From positions 1 through 25,669 of IMG/VR virus record IMGVR_UViG_3300020438_000244: 25,669 nucleotides of DNA; one strand, written 5' to 3'. A program made the position numbers and the translations under genes. This document shows positions 25,451 to 25,669 of the stretch, piece by piece. How positions within the stretch are numbered: the first letter of the stretch is position 1; each line of letters starts with the position of its first letter. The notes beneath the pieces are model-generated. The model saw only the letters and a program-made list of their open reading frames with translations. It did no database searches and had not been told where the DNA came from. The DNA is from a virus (Duplodnaviria; Caudoviricetes).

Positions 25451-25669
25451 GTCCTACACGAATTCGAGGATCGCACCAGATTTCAAAACCTGCTTCCTTG
25501 GCATCAAGACAGAAAGAAACGTCCTCACCGCACATGTCTTGCACTTCTCCTGATTCGAAGACTTGCATCTTGGGTGCGAACCATGGATACTTCATTTCAC
25601 CATGCTCAAAGACACCTTTCTTAATCAATAACCAACCGAAACCTGTATAGTCTACTGTGAAAGGTTTGC
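25428..25669 (-). CDS. C-terminal part of a GT-A fold / GT2-like glycosyltransferase (5'-truncated by window)
   Basis: Frame is open to the window edge: KPFTVDYTGFGWLLIKKGVFE...YPWF...GEDVSFCLDAKEAGFEIWCDPRIRVGHEK. The TGFG-x-LI, GED-x-x-FC and VGH motifs are typical of GT2-like C-termini. The track's start at 25628 is an internal TTG. Confidence 0.75.
   Translation of the reverse strand, partial: KPFTVDYTGFGWLLIKKGVFEHGEMKYPWFAPKMQVFESGEVQDMCGEDVSFCLDAKEAGFEIWCDPRIRVGHEKTRVI

Noticed and set aside
25086-25650. Plus-strand ORFs 25086-25337, 25432-25650 and 25439-25624
   Set aside because: They are antisense to well-supported, tightly packed minus-strand genes.
1-25669. CRISPR array, tRNA, diversity-generating retroelement template/variable repeats or invertible segment
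   Set aside because: The window is almost fully coding, with the largest gap 91 nt. No regularly spaced DNA repeats, cloverleaf, long near-identical repeat pair, reverse transcriptase or recombinase was seen by eye.

Overview
Virion-structural (baseplate) module of a T4-like marine cyanophage (Kyanoviridae-type; AT-rich, so a Prochlorococcus-type host is plausible but inferred). All credible genes are on the minus strand. In transcription order (right to left): 3' part of a GT2-like glycosyltransferase, a 55-aa acidic protein, a 120-aa protein, a 48-aa very basic peptide, a cUUCGg intrinsic terminator, a T4 late promoter (TATAAATA), gp25, gp6, a giant 4369-aa gp7, a late promoter, gp8, a 2436-aa VrlC/DUF4815-like structural protein, a 66-aa coiled-coil protein, a late promoter and the first codons of the next gene. 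The 55-aa and 48-aa ORFs and the gene starting at 23 are missing from the ORF track. No tRNA, CRISPR array, intron, intein or mobile element was seen. The main unexplained signal is a strong enrichment of G-[IVLF]-x-T tetrapeptides (GIGT, GIST, GITT) in gp7, gp8 and the 2436-aa protein but not in gp6 or gp25, next to a glycosyltransferase gene: a candidate virion-modification sequon (hypothesis). The giant proteins also show nested, domain-within-domain insertions. Family assignments come from recalled motifs, not database searches, and counts are by hand.
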